Sequence record: OZ195776.1
DNA: 64,000 nt
Direction: 5' to 3' (one strand)
Below are positions 21,064 to 30,607 of the stretch, piece by piece. The position numbers and the translations under genes were made by a program. The notes below the pieces were generated by a model. It ran no database searches. It was given only the letters and a program-made list of their open reading frames with translations, and had not been told where the DNA came from. Within the stretch, counting starts at the first letter, position 1. Each line of letters starts with the position of its first letter.

Positions 21064-24000
21064 ATGTCAAAATCAAATGTTGTTCAGATTCGAGACACAG
21101 CGACTCAAATCCGTGACAAACTTCAAGGTCTAGCTGGTACAAATCGACTAGACGCAACCGCTGTAGAGTTTATTGATAGTTTCCAAACTATCTGGGTAAG
21201 CACGAACGGTTCGGATACAAACGACGGTCGAACTCCAACAGAACCGTTCTTAACTATCGGTGCGGCATTAACTGCGGCAGCGACACTGCCTGCTACTTCT
21301 AAGCGAGTTGTTAAGTGTGTAGACGCATCAACATTCGCAGAGAATGTAAGTGTCAGCAGCTCGGTCGATTTAGACCTAGAGCATTGTTCACTAGTTGGTA
21401 ATATTACATCATCTTTGCCAGTTCGTACCAAAATCAAACTAGCAGTTCTACAAGGTAGCTTAACAACATCCAATGGTGTTCATGCAGAGATTCAGCAAGT
21501 AGCTGGTAATCTGATTGTAGGTAACTCTAATTCCGCTGCTGCTTACATTAGCGTAGAAGATTGGGTATCTGGTACAATAGACACAACAAACGCAGTTGGT
21601 GATTTGTTTGTAGATATCAAACACAATGACGCTAACTTGGTAATCCCGACAGACGTTGTAGGCTTTAACCCATTTGGTTTTGTAGCAGGCTCAGTTGTTC
21701 AACCAACAAGTCTAGTAGATTCACTGGAAACGCTAACGGGTGACGACCGTCTAGATGCATCGGCAATCAAAGGTATCACTTCTGGGTCTAATCCACACAC
21801 TAGAGTAGACTTCACGGACTTCGGTGCGGCAGGTAACGGTTGGTACGACTTGATTAGCTGGCCGGCAATCCCAGCGTTTACTACCGATACTTGGGGTGCG
21901 GATTTCATTATCTACATGAACTCTAACACAACTGACACCATCATTACTCAACGAGTGAATATAAACTTCCCCGTAGGTATTGCAAACTCAAGCGACGATA
22001 CTATGATTCGTATCATCGGTCGTATTGTTGCAGGTAGCTCGGTTGGTGGTGGACAGTATCGTATCATTCAAGACACTTCAACTGTAACCTCAATGACTCG
22101 TTTACAGGTTCAGTTTACCTCCGGTAATACATACGCTGGTTCAATGACTAACGCGCTACCATTGGATTATTCTGGTTCGGGTGCTACGTTCGGTGGACTT
22201 GCTCTGCACACTCCAACTGGTAACGAAGTTGTTATTAAAGAAATCAACACAGCAAACTGGGACGACCAAAGTATTCACGATGGTTCAACAGGTGGTATTG
22301 CTTGTGAGAGTATTGGTAATCACCAAACAAGCAACGCTTACATTGATTTCACTACCTCTGATATTGCAACCGTTGTAAACGACCAAACGGTTATCCGTGC
22401 GTCGGAGGTTGGTACACGATTCTCGGCCGGTGAATATGAAGTATTTGAGAAACAGTTCAGAGGTTCTACTCCAACTGCTTGGCCATGGGATACAACACCT
22501 AGTACTGATTCTACACTTACTCTAGGCAATACGGACAACCCGAACTTTACGTTCCCGATTGTGACTTGTGAACAAACAGAAACAGCGATGGTGACAACAC
22601 CTATCATTGGTTATGTTCCTCCGTTTATCAGTAACACAAGCGCACTTCGCCCAACTGGCGCGAACGGACGTTGTAACTTCTCGATTACTGGATTTGTTCC
22701 TAATCAACGAGTTGGTATTCGAGTATACATTACGAAAGATGGTTCTAGCCAAGGTGGTGTATGGAGAATGGACCGCGGTGGTGTTCAGCAATCAGATATC
22801 AACTTATCTGGTACAGCAGGACAAACACTAACAACATTCTTGGAATACACAACTGTAGTTACAGAAGCAGACTTCACCGCAGGTGCTATTGACTTGCAAG
22901 TGTATCGTACAGATAACCCACCGGGTGGTACTCCTTGGAACGACGCGGGTTGGATGTCATTCGTTGTGTCTTACGACCTTATCGTAGAATCTATTGAACC
23001 AGCTTTGGACACAAACGTTGTAGCTCAGTTCGACTCGAACACGCGTGGTATCTTACCACCTCGTATTGCTCCATTCTTGAATCCTAATCACCCAGATGGC
23101 GCACAAGCTGTTGATGTGTTTAGCGGCAGACCTATCGTTTCTTTCGATGGTGATTGGAGCTATTACTTGTCTTCTCGTCGTAAAGCGTCAGACCTAGAGT
23201 ACGGTATGTTCGCGTATGCAGATGCTGGCACGACATGGGGAGAGCAAGGCTGGACGGGTAACATGGTTGATACGTCTCAGATTGTTGATGACTACTTGGG
23301 CTTCCCTAAGCTGATTCGCTCAACGAGTACTACATCGGTACGCGATGCAAACGCACCACTCAATACAGACGCACTGTGGCAAGCAGCTTGGGACAACGGT
23401 TACCGACTGGACTTCCGTATCATGCTGAACGGTGACGGGGACATAATGCAGGTCAATGCTGAACCTCGCAATACAGCTACATCTTGGCCTACTGGTCGAT
23501 ACACACTGACCGCTATCAGCGAAACTGGTGTTGTGAACATCTATGACACCACTGACACTGTTATAGCTTCGACCACTCAAGATGAGATGCACACATTCTC
23601 AATCGTTGTACAAAACCCTACTGCAAGCACAATCGCTCAATACTACCTAGACGATGTTTTAATTGGTGAAATAGACATTCAAGGGTTTGACGGTCAGCGT
23701 GGTTTGTACTTGTGGGAGAATGCAGGCGCTAGTCGTGGTTGGTCTATTGAGTACATTGCAATGTACGTACTGGAAACAGGAGCTAACGACGTAACGCTAA
23801 ACCGTACTGATGTAGAAGCCGCAGTTACTTACAGTAACGCAGTGGAGAACGCGACAGTTCGTATTCCGAAAGGTTTGTTCGACTTCGATGCAACGGTAGA
23901 CGTTATTAATGGTTCTAGTACTCCTATGACTATTACTGGTGAAGTTGGTTCAAACATCTCGTTCCACTCAGGTGACCAAGAAATCACTATCCCTGCTGGT

Positions 24001-24399
24001 TCTGGTGCTCGTATTGCTCAGACAGCACGACCACGCGGTAATAAGTGGGCGATTGTTGGTTCAGAGCGTAACAAGACCCCTACCTCACAAGGGCATTCGT
24101 TGCAGTTCTTGTTCGACCCTGCATCTAACACAATCCTTAATAGACACGGTAGCTTCACTGGAGCAATCACTATTACGGATAACGGTGTAGGTGACATCTG
24201 GTTTGACTTTGAAGGTTATTCTTCAATTGGTTCGTTCGGTTCTGACAATGTAACGGCTTTAGCTACTACTAACCGAGGTTTTGGAACAAACTTTATTGAT
24301 GTTGAGTTAGACTCTGCGGCAGCAAACTTAGTAGTTAACACACAAAACATTGGCGGCAACCCGATTGATACAATCTTCTCGGTTGCACTTTACTGGTAA
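21064..24399 (+). CDS. Putative receptor-binding/fibre protein, paralogue A
   Basis: 1111 aa, Thr/Gly/Ser-rich beta content, WVSTNGSDTNDGRTP motif, colinear similarity to the next gene. Confidence 0.65.
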   Translation: MSKSNVVQIRDTATQIRDKLQGLAGTNRLDATAVEFIDSFQTIWVSTNGSDTNDGRTPTEPFLTIGAALTAAATLPATSKRVVKCVDASTFAENVSVSSSVDLDLEHCSLVGNITSSLPVRTKIKLAVLQGSLTTSNGVHAEIQQVAGNLIVGNSNSAAAYISVEDWVSGTIDTTNAVGDLFVDIKHNDANLVIPTDVVGFNPFGFVAGSVVQPTSLVDSLETLTGDDRLDASAIKGITSGSNPHTRVDFTDFGAAGNGWYDLISWPAIPAFTTDTWGADFIIYMNSNTTDTIITQRVNINFPVGIANSSDDTMIRIIGRIVAGSSVGGGQYRIIQDTSTVTSMTRLQVQFTSGNTYAGSMTNALPLDYSGSGATFGGLALHTPTGNEVVIKEINTANWDDQSIHDGSTGGIACESIGNHQTSNAYIDFTTSDIATVVNDQTVIRASEVGTRFSAGEYEVFEKQFRGSTPTAWPWDTTPSTDSTLTLGNTDNPNFTFPIVTCEQTETAMVTTPIIGYVPPFISNTSALRPTGANGRCNFSITGFVPNQRVGIRVYITKDGSSQGGVWRMDRGGVQQSDINLSGTAGQTLTTFLEYTTVVTEADFTAGAIDLQVYRTDNPPGGTPWNDAGWMSFVVSYDLIVESIEPALDTNVVAQFDSNTRGILPPRIAPFLNPNHPDGAQAVDVFSGRPIVSFDGDWSYYLSSRRKASDLEYGMFAYADAGTTWGEQGWTGNMVDTSQIVDDYLGFPKLIRSTSTTSVRDANAPLNTDALWQAAWDNGYRLDFRIMLNGDGDIMQVNAEPRNTATSWPTGRYTLTAISETGVVNIYDTTDTVIASTTQDEMHTFSIVVQNPTASTIAQYYLDDVLIGEIDIQGFDGQRGLYLWENAGASRGWSIEYIAMYVLETGANDVTLNRTDVEAAVTYSNAVENATVRIPKGLFDFDATVDVINGSSTPMTITGEVGSNISFHSGDQEITIPAGSGARIAQTARPRGNKWAIVGSERNKTPTSQGHSLQFLFDPASNTILNRHGSFTGAITITDNGVGDIWFDFEGYSSIGSFGSDNVTALATTNRGFGTNFIDVELDSAAANLVVNTQNIGGNPIDTIFSVALYW

Positions 24400-24443
24400 T
24401 AATAATGAGCCCTTCGGGGCTCCATTTAAGGAACCATTGCTAC

Positions 24444-27272
24444 ATGTCTAAAGACAATATAATAAGATTACCTTCCGGATCTCCAGACACGCCGATCCAG
24501 GTGAGAGATAAACTACAAGGTCTTGTACATGACGACCGTCTATCGTCAGATGCCGTACACTTTGCAAGTAGCACCAACGTCGTATATGTCAGCCAACAAG
24601 GTGATGATTCAAACGAAGGTCGTTGTCCAGTAGAACCCAAGCGTACACTCGACGCTGCACTTCAACTAGCATATACACTGCCTGACGCATCGAGACGATT
24701 TGTTGTTTGTGTAGATGCTTCGGTTTTCAGCGAGGATGTAGTACTAACAGAATCAATCGATCTGTATTGCCCTCTAGCATCATTGATTGGTGACCTAACT
24801 GCATCAGCCAGTGATATTAACTACGTGGAATTCTTCTTTGTTCAAGGGACTGTAAACCTAAATGCATTCGATCACTTTAAATTTAACGAAGTGGTGAGTG
24901 TAGTTAGAATTGGTGATCTCACTTCAGCGGGAGCAAGTTTGTACGTAACAAACTTCGTAACTGGTCAGGTAGATCTCACCAACGCTAAAGGCAAGGCGTA
25001 CATACACATAGATCATAACCTAGCACCTGTTACACTAGATCCACCAGATGGATTTGCAATGGCAGGTAATTTGAATGGTACTCCCTTATCACCGGACGAG
25101 CACGCTAGGGCATTAGAAACTCTGACTGGTGATAGGAGAATCGACCCACTGGCCCTCCAGAACTTTAAATCGGTAGGTGATCCAGACGTCGCAAGATCGT
25201 GGTTGGACTTTACCACTCAAGGGACAGAGGTTCACGCCAATGGCAAGTCATCGATTAAAGTATCTGGTACTGGTACTAGATTTAACTCCGGCGCGTATGA
25301 TACATTCACGAGATATTTCAGAGGTAGCATACCGACCAAATGGCCATGGTATTCGATATCTGGAACGGAGTCTGTGCTAACGATAAGCTCGTCATGGGAT
25401 GCTTTATTTGTATTCCCTACAGTTACTTGCAATCAGTACTCACATAACCTCGTAGCGGTTCCTATAACCGGATTTCCAGATCCGTTCATTAACAATATCA
25501 ATGCCCTGCGCCCAAACGGTACCTCTAGTATAGCGCAATTCACCATAACAGGATTCAATCTAAATCAACGAGTTGGCGTTCGCGTGTACATATCCAAATC
25601 TGGCACGACTCAGCGTGGCGATTGGAGAATGGAGAATGGCGGCACTGAGGTTGATTCTGTAGTTCTAGGAGCTGATGATTATCAAAACCTCGATTCATAC
25701 CTAGAATACACTAAAGTGGTAACTCAAGCTGATATCGACGCCGGATCTATTATAGTAACAGTTCGTCGTGCAGACACCCCAAATGGTACCACCGACACTT
25801 GGTGGGATGATCATTGGATGAGTTTCATAGTTTCGTACGATTTGATCGTGGAAACACTCGAACCGAATCTAGATTCCCATGCGGTGGTACAATTCGATTC
25901 GGAACGAAAAGGCATATTACCACCTAGGATTACACCTACTGACGAAGTGAATCGTACTGATGGGATACTTGCCGTAGAACGCAGCACAGGACTGCCTATA
26001 GTATCACATAAAAACGGATGGTCTCATTATTTGACGAACCGTCGCAAAGCAAATGAGATGCTCCATGAGTATCCTATGTACGCAAGTGAAGGTAACATGG
26101 CCGATCAGGGCTGGACTGGTAGTATGGCAACCTCATCTACGGTTGTGCACGACTTCATTGGCTTCCCGGATCTTATCACATGTAACGCGCCAGACAGCAC
26201 AGTGGAAGCTACGGTACCATTCACCAGCACGATTCAATTCTGGTTGGATGCTTGGAATAACGGATTTAGAGTAGATTTCCGAATGTTTTTCGGTCTTGGC
26301 GATAAGCTACAAATCAACGTTGAGCCGAGTACCACAGTTACAGATTGGCCATCAGGTCGATACGAGCTAACGCTCGAACAGAATGGAGCACATGTAGACG
26401 TGCGCTTCCAGGGTATTCTATTGACAAATACATCAGTAGATACCATGAACACGTACAGCATCATATGTGATAACCCAAGAGCCAGCACTCATGCACGCAT
26501 ACTATTGAACGACAAAGAGATTGGCACTGGTGATATTGGCGGCCACAACGGTCAACGCGGTATGTACCTATGGGATGATACAGGACCTACTAGAGATTGG
26601 CATATAGAATACGCAAATGCGTACGTTATTGGCAATCTTACAGATGATGTTACGTTGACTCATGATGATGTATCGTCGTCGATCGTGTACAGCAATGTTG
26701 TGGAGAATGCTACAGTAAGAATCCCTAAGGGATTGTTCGAATTGGGCACTACCATAGAACTTACAAACGCATCCACTACTCCAATGACGGTTACCGGAAC
26801 ACACCTATCGGAAATTTCCATTCAAGGTGAAACCTCCGTGCAAGTGCCATCAGGTTCTGGTGTGTATCTAACGCAAATGACTAGGCCACGTGGAACCACT
26901 TGGGCATTGATAGGTGGCGAACGGCCTAAGACTCCAGTGTCAGAAGGACATAGTTTGTTCTTCTCGTACAATGGATATAGTAACCAAATAACCAACCGTC
27001 ATGGTACTTTTACCGGAAATATCGGTCACACGAGAAGAGCTACCGGAGAGTACGTGTTTGATATTGCCGGAGTTACCATTGACGACTACGCGACTACTGT
27101 AATGGTGCAAGTCACTGACGTGCTAGCAATGCCCGCAGTAACAACAGCGCTTCTCAATGGTGCATACGGTGATTTGGAAATCAACGTGTTTGAAGAAGAT
27201 AGGTCCGTTGGTGGCAGTGGATTGTTTGATACGCTAATAGATCGACGCATTTCGGTATGCTTGTACTGGTAA
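24444..27272 (+). CDS. Putative receptor-binding/fibre protein, paralogue B (start at MSKDN)
   Basis: Shares blocks with paralogue A (GTRF..G.Y..F...FRGS.PT.WPW; LRP.G....F.ITGF..NQRVG.RVYI; NATVRIPKGLF; same final LYW). Confidence 0.65.
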   Translation: MSKDNIIRLPSGSPDTPIQVRDKLQGLVHDDRLSSDAVHFASSTNVVYVSQQGDDSNEGRCPVEPKRTLDAALQLAYTLPDASRRFVVCVDASVFSEDVVLTESIDLYCPLASLIGDLTASASDINYVEFFFVQGTVNLNAFDHFKFNEVVSVVRIGDLTSAGASLYVTNFVTGQVDLTNAKGKAYIHIDHNLAPVTLDPPDGFAMAGNLNGTPLSPDEHARALETLTGDRRIDPLALQNFKSVGDPDVARSWLDFTTQGTEVHANGKSSIKVSGTGTRFNSGAYDTFTRYFRGSIPTKWPWYSISGTESVLTISSSWDALFVFPTVTCNQYSHNLVAVPITGFPDPFINNINALRPNGTSSIAQFTITGFNLNQRVGVRVYISKSGTTQRGDWRMENGGTEVDSVVLGADDYQNLDSYLEYTKVVTQADIDAGSIIVTVRRADTPNGTTDTWWDDHWMSFIVSYDLIVETLEPNLDSHAVVQFDSERKGILPPRITPTDEVNRTDGILAVERSTGLPIVSHKNGWSHYLTNRRKANEMLHEYPMYASEGNMADQGWTGSMATSSTVVHDFIGFPDLITCNAPDSTVEATVPFTSTIQFWLDAWNNGFRVDFRMFFGLGDKLQINVEPSTTVTDWPSGRYELTLEQNGAHVDVRFQGILLTNTSVDTMNTYSIICDNPRASTHARILLNDKEIGTGDIGGHNGQRGMYLWDDTGPTRDWHIEYANAYVIGNLTDDVTLTHDDVSSSIVYSNVVENATVRIPKGLFELGTTIELTNASTTPMTVTGTHLSEISIQGETSVQVPSGSGVYLTQMTRPRGTTWALIGGERPKTPVSEGHSLFFSYNGYSNQITNRHGTFTGNIGHTRRATGEYVFDIAGVTIDDYATTVMVQVTDVLAMPAVTTALLNGAYGDLEINVFEEDRSVGGSGLFDTLIDRRISVCLYW

Positions 27273-27321
27273 TAAATACGACAGAGGGTCAATGTTGGCC
27301 CTTTCTTCGTAGGAGAGTTGT

Positions 27322-27759
27322 ATGCAACGTCTTAGAGACAATTGGATCCCTTTGGCTGCGCTGATTCTATCTTGCGTGGTAGCAGTTGGTGGGTATTATA
27401 GCAGCACCGTAGTAGTTGCTACGAAAGTAACATATCTTGAAAGTGAACTTGCTCAAATGAAAGATCAGGCCGTGGACATCACGGTTCTTGAATCGGAAGT
27501 GAAAGCATTACAAGAAGCTGATAAGAGGTTTTTTAAGACTATGGATGGAATAGGGGAAGGATTGGTTTCTGTCTCTGATCGTCTATACTCTCTTGAGACT
27601 TTGTCGACGTTGTCAATCGATACGAATAAACGTCTAGTGAATGCTTTGGATAAACTGGATGGGACTTTGGATAAGATTAACGATACTGTTATCCGTTTAG
27701 AAACAAGAGTTAGTGTGTTAGAAGGGCAATACGATCGTACTGATCGTAGAAACCCATAA
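27322..27759 (+). CDS. Membrane-anchored coiled-coil protein (lysis or fibre-associated candidate)
   Basis: N-terminal hydrophobic helix WIPLAALILSCVVAVGGYY, then heptad-rich helix; AATAAATA at 27273 upstream. Confidence 0.55.
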   Translation: MQRLRDNWIPLAALILSCVVAVGGYYSSTVVVATKVTYLESELAQMKDQAVDITVLESEVKALQEADKRFFKTMDGIGEGLVSVSDRLYSLETLSTLSIDTNKRLVNALDKLDGTLDKINDTVIRLETRVSVLEGQYDRTDRRNP

Positions 27760-27761
27760 AC

Positions 27762-27789
27762 AAAAAAGGCCGCAATTGCGGCCTTTTCT
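27762..27789. terminator. Bidirectional terminator
   Basis: AAAAAAGGCCGC-AATT-GCGGCCTTTTCT between convergent genes. Confidence 0.85.
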
Positions 27790-28320
27790 TTATTTCAATG
27801 TTACGAAACGACTGTTTGCAGACTCACGTACAAGCACTTCACCGTTTTTAGCAATCCAATGACGGATTGTTTTCAAATCAGACTCAATAGATGAATCTAC
27901 TGACGTTTCATCGCCAGCCAAGAACGCGTTAATCGAACGGAAATCAACGTTTGCGTATGGCTTATCACCATTCACTAAATTCAATTCCCAAGCAGGTTCG
28001 AAACCTTCTTCTACTACTGGTGGAAGCCAAGGCTCTTCGTCAGAATCGATGCTAACATCAACTTCGACGATTTCTTCTGGTGTTTCCACTTCTTCTTCCA
28101 CAATCGCGTTTACAACGACCAATTCTTCATTGTCGTCTTCTGCTACGAATGGGAGAGGCTTCACAGGCGCTGTGCCTTCAATTGCTTTGTTAAGTTGTTC
28201 TACCATAACCTTCTTACTTTTACGACGATCCAAATCTACCTCAAAATATTCAGTAGCGAATGCGTCTAATTCGGCCTTACTAAGACCTTCAATGTATTGT
28301 TCCATTTTATTATCACTCAT
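27790..28320 (-). CDS. inh: Inh-like protein, paralogue 2
   Basis: C-terminal IRHWIAKNGEVLVRESANSRFVTLK vs T4 Inh YYINRDGSVLIRETRNSSFVTLK; acidic linker. Confidence 0.8.
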   Translation of the reverse strand: MSDNKMEQYIEGLSKAELDAFATEYFEVDLDRRKSKKVMVEQLNKAIEGTAPVKPLPFVAEDDNEELVVVNAIVEEEVETPEEIVEVDVSIDSDEEPWLPPVVEEGFEPAWELNLVNGDKPYANVDFRSINAFLAGDETSVDSSIESDLKTIRHWIAKNGEVLVRESANSRFVTLK

Positions 28321-28335
28321 CGTTGAAAGATGAGA

Positions 28336-28611
28336 TTATTTATAAGGATGGCGCTCTCTTACCGATTCGATAAAATCACTCTCCCATTTCAAGCAATCAT
28401 CCACCGAACCACCAGCATTTGAAATAGCAATCAGATTGCGATTGCTACCAGCGTAGTATATTGCAGCGTTAACTGCAAACAAATGCGCAGCTCGTTTAAC
28501 CGAGTAATGCTGGAACTTTACCAAACGATCGATGAACAAATGTGCTTGTTCGTCGTTCAACCCTAAATCGGCTGCTGCAAGCATAACTCGACGTAATTCT
28601 GATTTCTTCAT
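28336..28611 (-). CDS. Hypothetical protein
   Basis: 91 aa ORF with GAGA RBS in a co-oriented run. Confidence 0.65.
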   Translation of the reverse strand: MKKSELRRVMLAAADLGLNDEQAHLFIDRLVKFQHYSVKRAAHLFAVNAAIYYAGSNRNLIAISNAGGSVDDCLKWESDFIESVRERHPYK

Positions 28612-28661
28612 AATAGTCTCTCAAAGACAAAAAAGCCCACCGAAGTGGGCTCTTGGAATGA

Positions 28662-29285
28662 TTAAGCGTAGATAAACGCGATTCGGTTGTATTCAGGTGA
28701 GGATGCAGTCAGCTTTTTAAGACGTGCATGGACGTTCTTGTAAAGACGGTGAGCAAACTCTTCGTTGGTCAACCGTGCTTCTGCGAACAACTCATCTAAC
28801 GCAATTTTAGAAGCGTTGTCGTTGTTGAAGAATTCAAGAAGAACCTTCACACGAGCGCGATGAGAGCTGTTCACGTAGTTGTGAATAGTTGCTTGATTGC
28901 TTACCGCAAGAAAACGATGGAACGAACTATCGATGATAGCAGAAACACCAACCATACAAACGGTAGGAGATACACGCTCTTGCTTAGGCACCGGAGTGAT
29001 ACCGAAAGTTTTAGCATCTTGAGTAAGAACCCAAAGGTGTTTAGCAAGGTACGCTTCGCGATCGTAAACTTCCATCGACTTAGTGAAACGGCGATCTTCT
29101 GTCAGAACGTATTGAATACGACGACGTTGGTTTTCATCGTACTGACGGAACAAACGAACCATTAGATCGACAATAGAAAGGCTGTGTTGAACAGATAGAA
29201 TCTCTTCGATTGCATCACCAAGTTGCTGAACAGTTACTTTTTTACCAAGAGAGTAGTTAGTGTTTACAAGTTGAATGTTTTTCAT
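28662..29285 (-). CDS. Hypothetical protein (start at MKNIQ)
   Basis: AAGGA RBS, phage-typical codon usage. Confidence 0.7.
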   Translation of the reverse strand: MKNIQLVNTNYSLGKKVTVQQLGDAIEEILSVQHSLSIVDLMVRLFRQYDENQRRRIQYVLTEDRRFTKSMEVYDREAYLAKHLWVLTQDAKTFGITPVPKQERVSPTVCMVGVSAIIDSSFHRFLAVSNQATIHNYVNSSHRARVKVLLEFFNNDNASKIALDELFAEARLTNEEFAHRLYKNVHARLKKLTASSPEYNRIAFIYA

Positions 29286-29313
29286 GATATTTTCCTTCAC
29301 AATTTAATATAGT

Positions 29314-29556
29314 TTACTCAAAAATGATCTCAACAGTACCGGTGTTTCCGGTTAGTTGGTAATACGCATCTTCCAAGTTCCAGGTGTCGAGGTCAACCTT
29401 TTTTTCTGAATGACCATTAAACCAGAACGTATACGTGTTTGAATTCCAATCATGCTCAGAGATTAACTCGAGTCCATTATCACACATCATGCGAGGAACA
29501 CGAGAGTGATCATCAGATGTCATCATAACTTGATTTACGAATTCTGTACCGTTCAT
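29314..29556 (-). CDS. Hypothetical protein (start at MNGTEF)
   Basis: AGGAG RBS; early-type promoter upstream. Confidence 0.6.
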   Translation of the reverse strand: MNGTEFVNQVMMTSDDHSRVPRMMCDNGLELISEHDWNSNTYTFWFNGHSEKKVDLDTWNLEDAYYQLTGNTGTVEIIFE

Positions 29557-29619
29557 GCTTTGCTCCTGTATCGTTGAAAGCCCGGCCATAATATGCGTTA
29601 TGGCCGAACAAGACAACAG

Positions 29620-30114
29620 CTATCTACGAAATTTATCAATATTTTTCTGATATTCTTTGTGACTCCACAATCCAAACGTAATTGTCTTACCGTTTCTCCA
29701 CCACACTAAGGCGATTGGATCAGGTTGACGTGGATTGTTTGGGTTCATGCCGTCAATCAGCTTAGGGTGCGGCTTAGAGTGCCAAATCGGCTGTGTAAAC
29801 TTGCCTTTGAATGCCCAACCATTCTTCGACTTGCCCATCTTATCGTCCGGACGTGATGCATTGCCCTTGTAAGCAACTTCGTAAATCGTGTTCATTACGG
29901 CACGCATCGCATCTGGGTTAGATTGTAGTTTGGCAAAGTGATGCTGTGAATCTGAATCGAATTTCCACTGATATTCCGGAGTCTCGGTGTCCATTAGATG
30001 CTGGACTTCTGCGGTCGTCAATAGATTGCTGATTTGTGCATACGCTTCGTCAAGTACGTCAAGTCGAACTACGCCTAAGATGTTTTCATAGTGAAATTCG
30101 CTAAATGTTTTCAT
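29620..30114 (-). CDS. Putative internal head protein
   Basis: N-terminus MKTFSEFHYE resembles the T4 capsid targeting sequence MKTYQEFIAE; downstream of late promoter 30551. Confidence 0.6.
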   Translation of the reverse strand: MKTFSEFHYENILGVVRLDVLDEAYAQISNLLTTAEVQHLMDTETPEYQWKFDSDSQHHFAKLQSNPDAMRAVMNTIYEVAYKGNASRPDDKMGKSKNGWAFKGKFTQPIWHSKPHPKLIDGMNPNNPRQPDPIALVWWRNGKTITFGLWSHKEYQKNIDKFRR

Positions 30115-30115
30115 A

Positions 30116-30523
30116 CTACCTCAAATATACAAAGTTATCGCGAGCGTTGTTACGTACAAGCAACTTGCCACGCTTTTTAATCCAATATTCGATTGTTTGT
30201 AGATCTGCGCTATCACGACGACCACTGTTCCAAGAGTGAATCATTTCTGGACTCATGGATATGTAATATTCGTTACCGCGACGGAAGGTAGGTGCCCAAC
30301 GTGGTCGGAACTTTTCAAGTGCAGGCACTTCTTGCTCAACCAACTCGGACTCTTCTTTTACTTCTTCCTCGTCAACAACCACCTCTGGTTCTATTACCAG
30401 GTCTCGGTCCTTGATTAGCTCTAAGATTGATACCTTCGGAAGATTTTTGTCAAATTCAACATCTGGGAAATTTTCTTCTATGTATTCAATCAGTTTACGC
30501 TTTGTTAATGATGATAAGCTCAT
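30116..30523 (-). CDS. Inh-like protein, paralogue 3
   Basis: C-terminal TIEYWIKKRGKLLVRNNARDNFVYLR; acidic linker; F.P.W motif shared with paralogue 2. Confidence 0.65.
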   Translation of the reverse strand: MSLSSLTKRKLIEYIEENFPDVEFDKNLPKVSILELIKDRDLVIEPEVVVDEEEVKEESELVEQEVPALEKFRPRWAPTFRRGNEYYISMSPEMIHSWNSGRRDSADLQTIEYWIKKRGKLLVRNNARDNFVYLR

Positions 30524-30550
30524 TAGCGTCTCCTTACGTTATTAGTCTAA

Positions 30551-30576
30551 TACTTATAAAACTCCGTCTATAAATA
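30551..30576. promoter_or_regulatory. Divergent late promoters: TATAAGTA (minus, 30551-30558) and TATAAATA (plus, 30569-30576)
   Basis: Between divergent inh-like and uvsW genes, as in the T4 inh/uvsW arrangement. Confidence 0.75.
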
Positions 30577-30607
30577 AAATCACAAGAAGTCAATATGAGT
30601 TTTAAAA

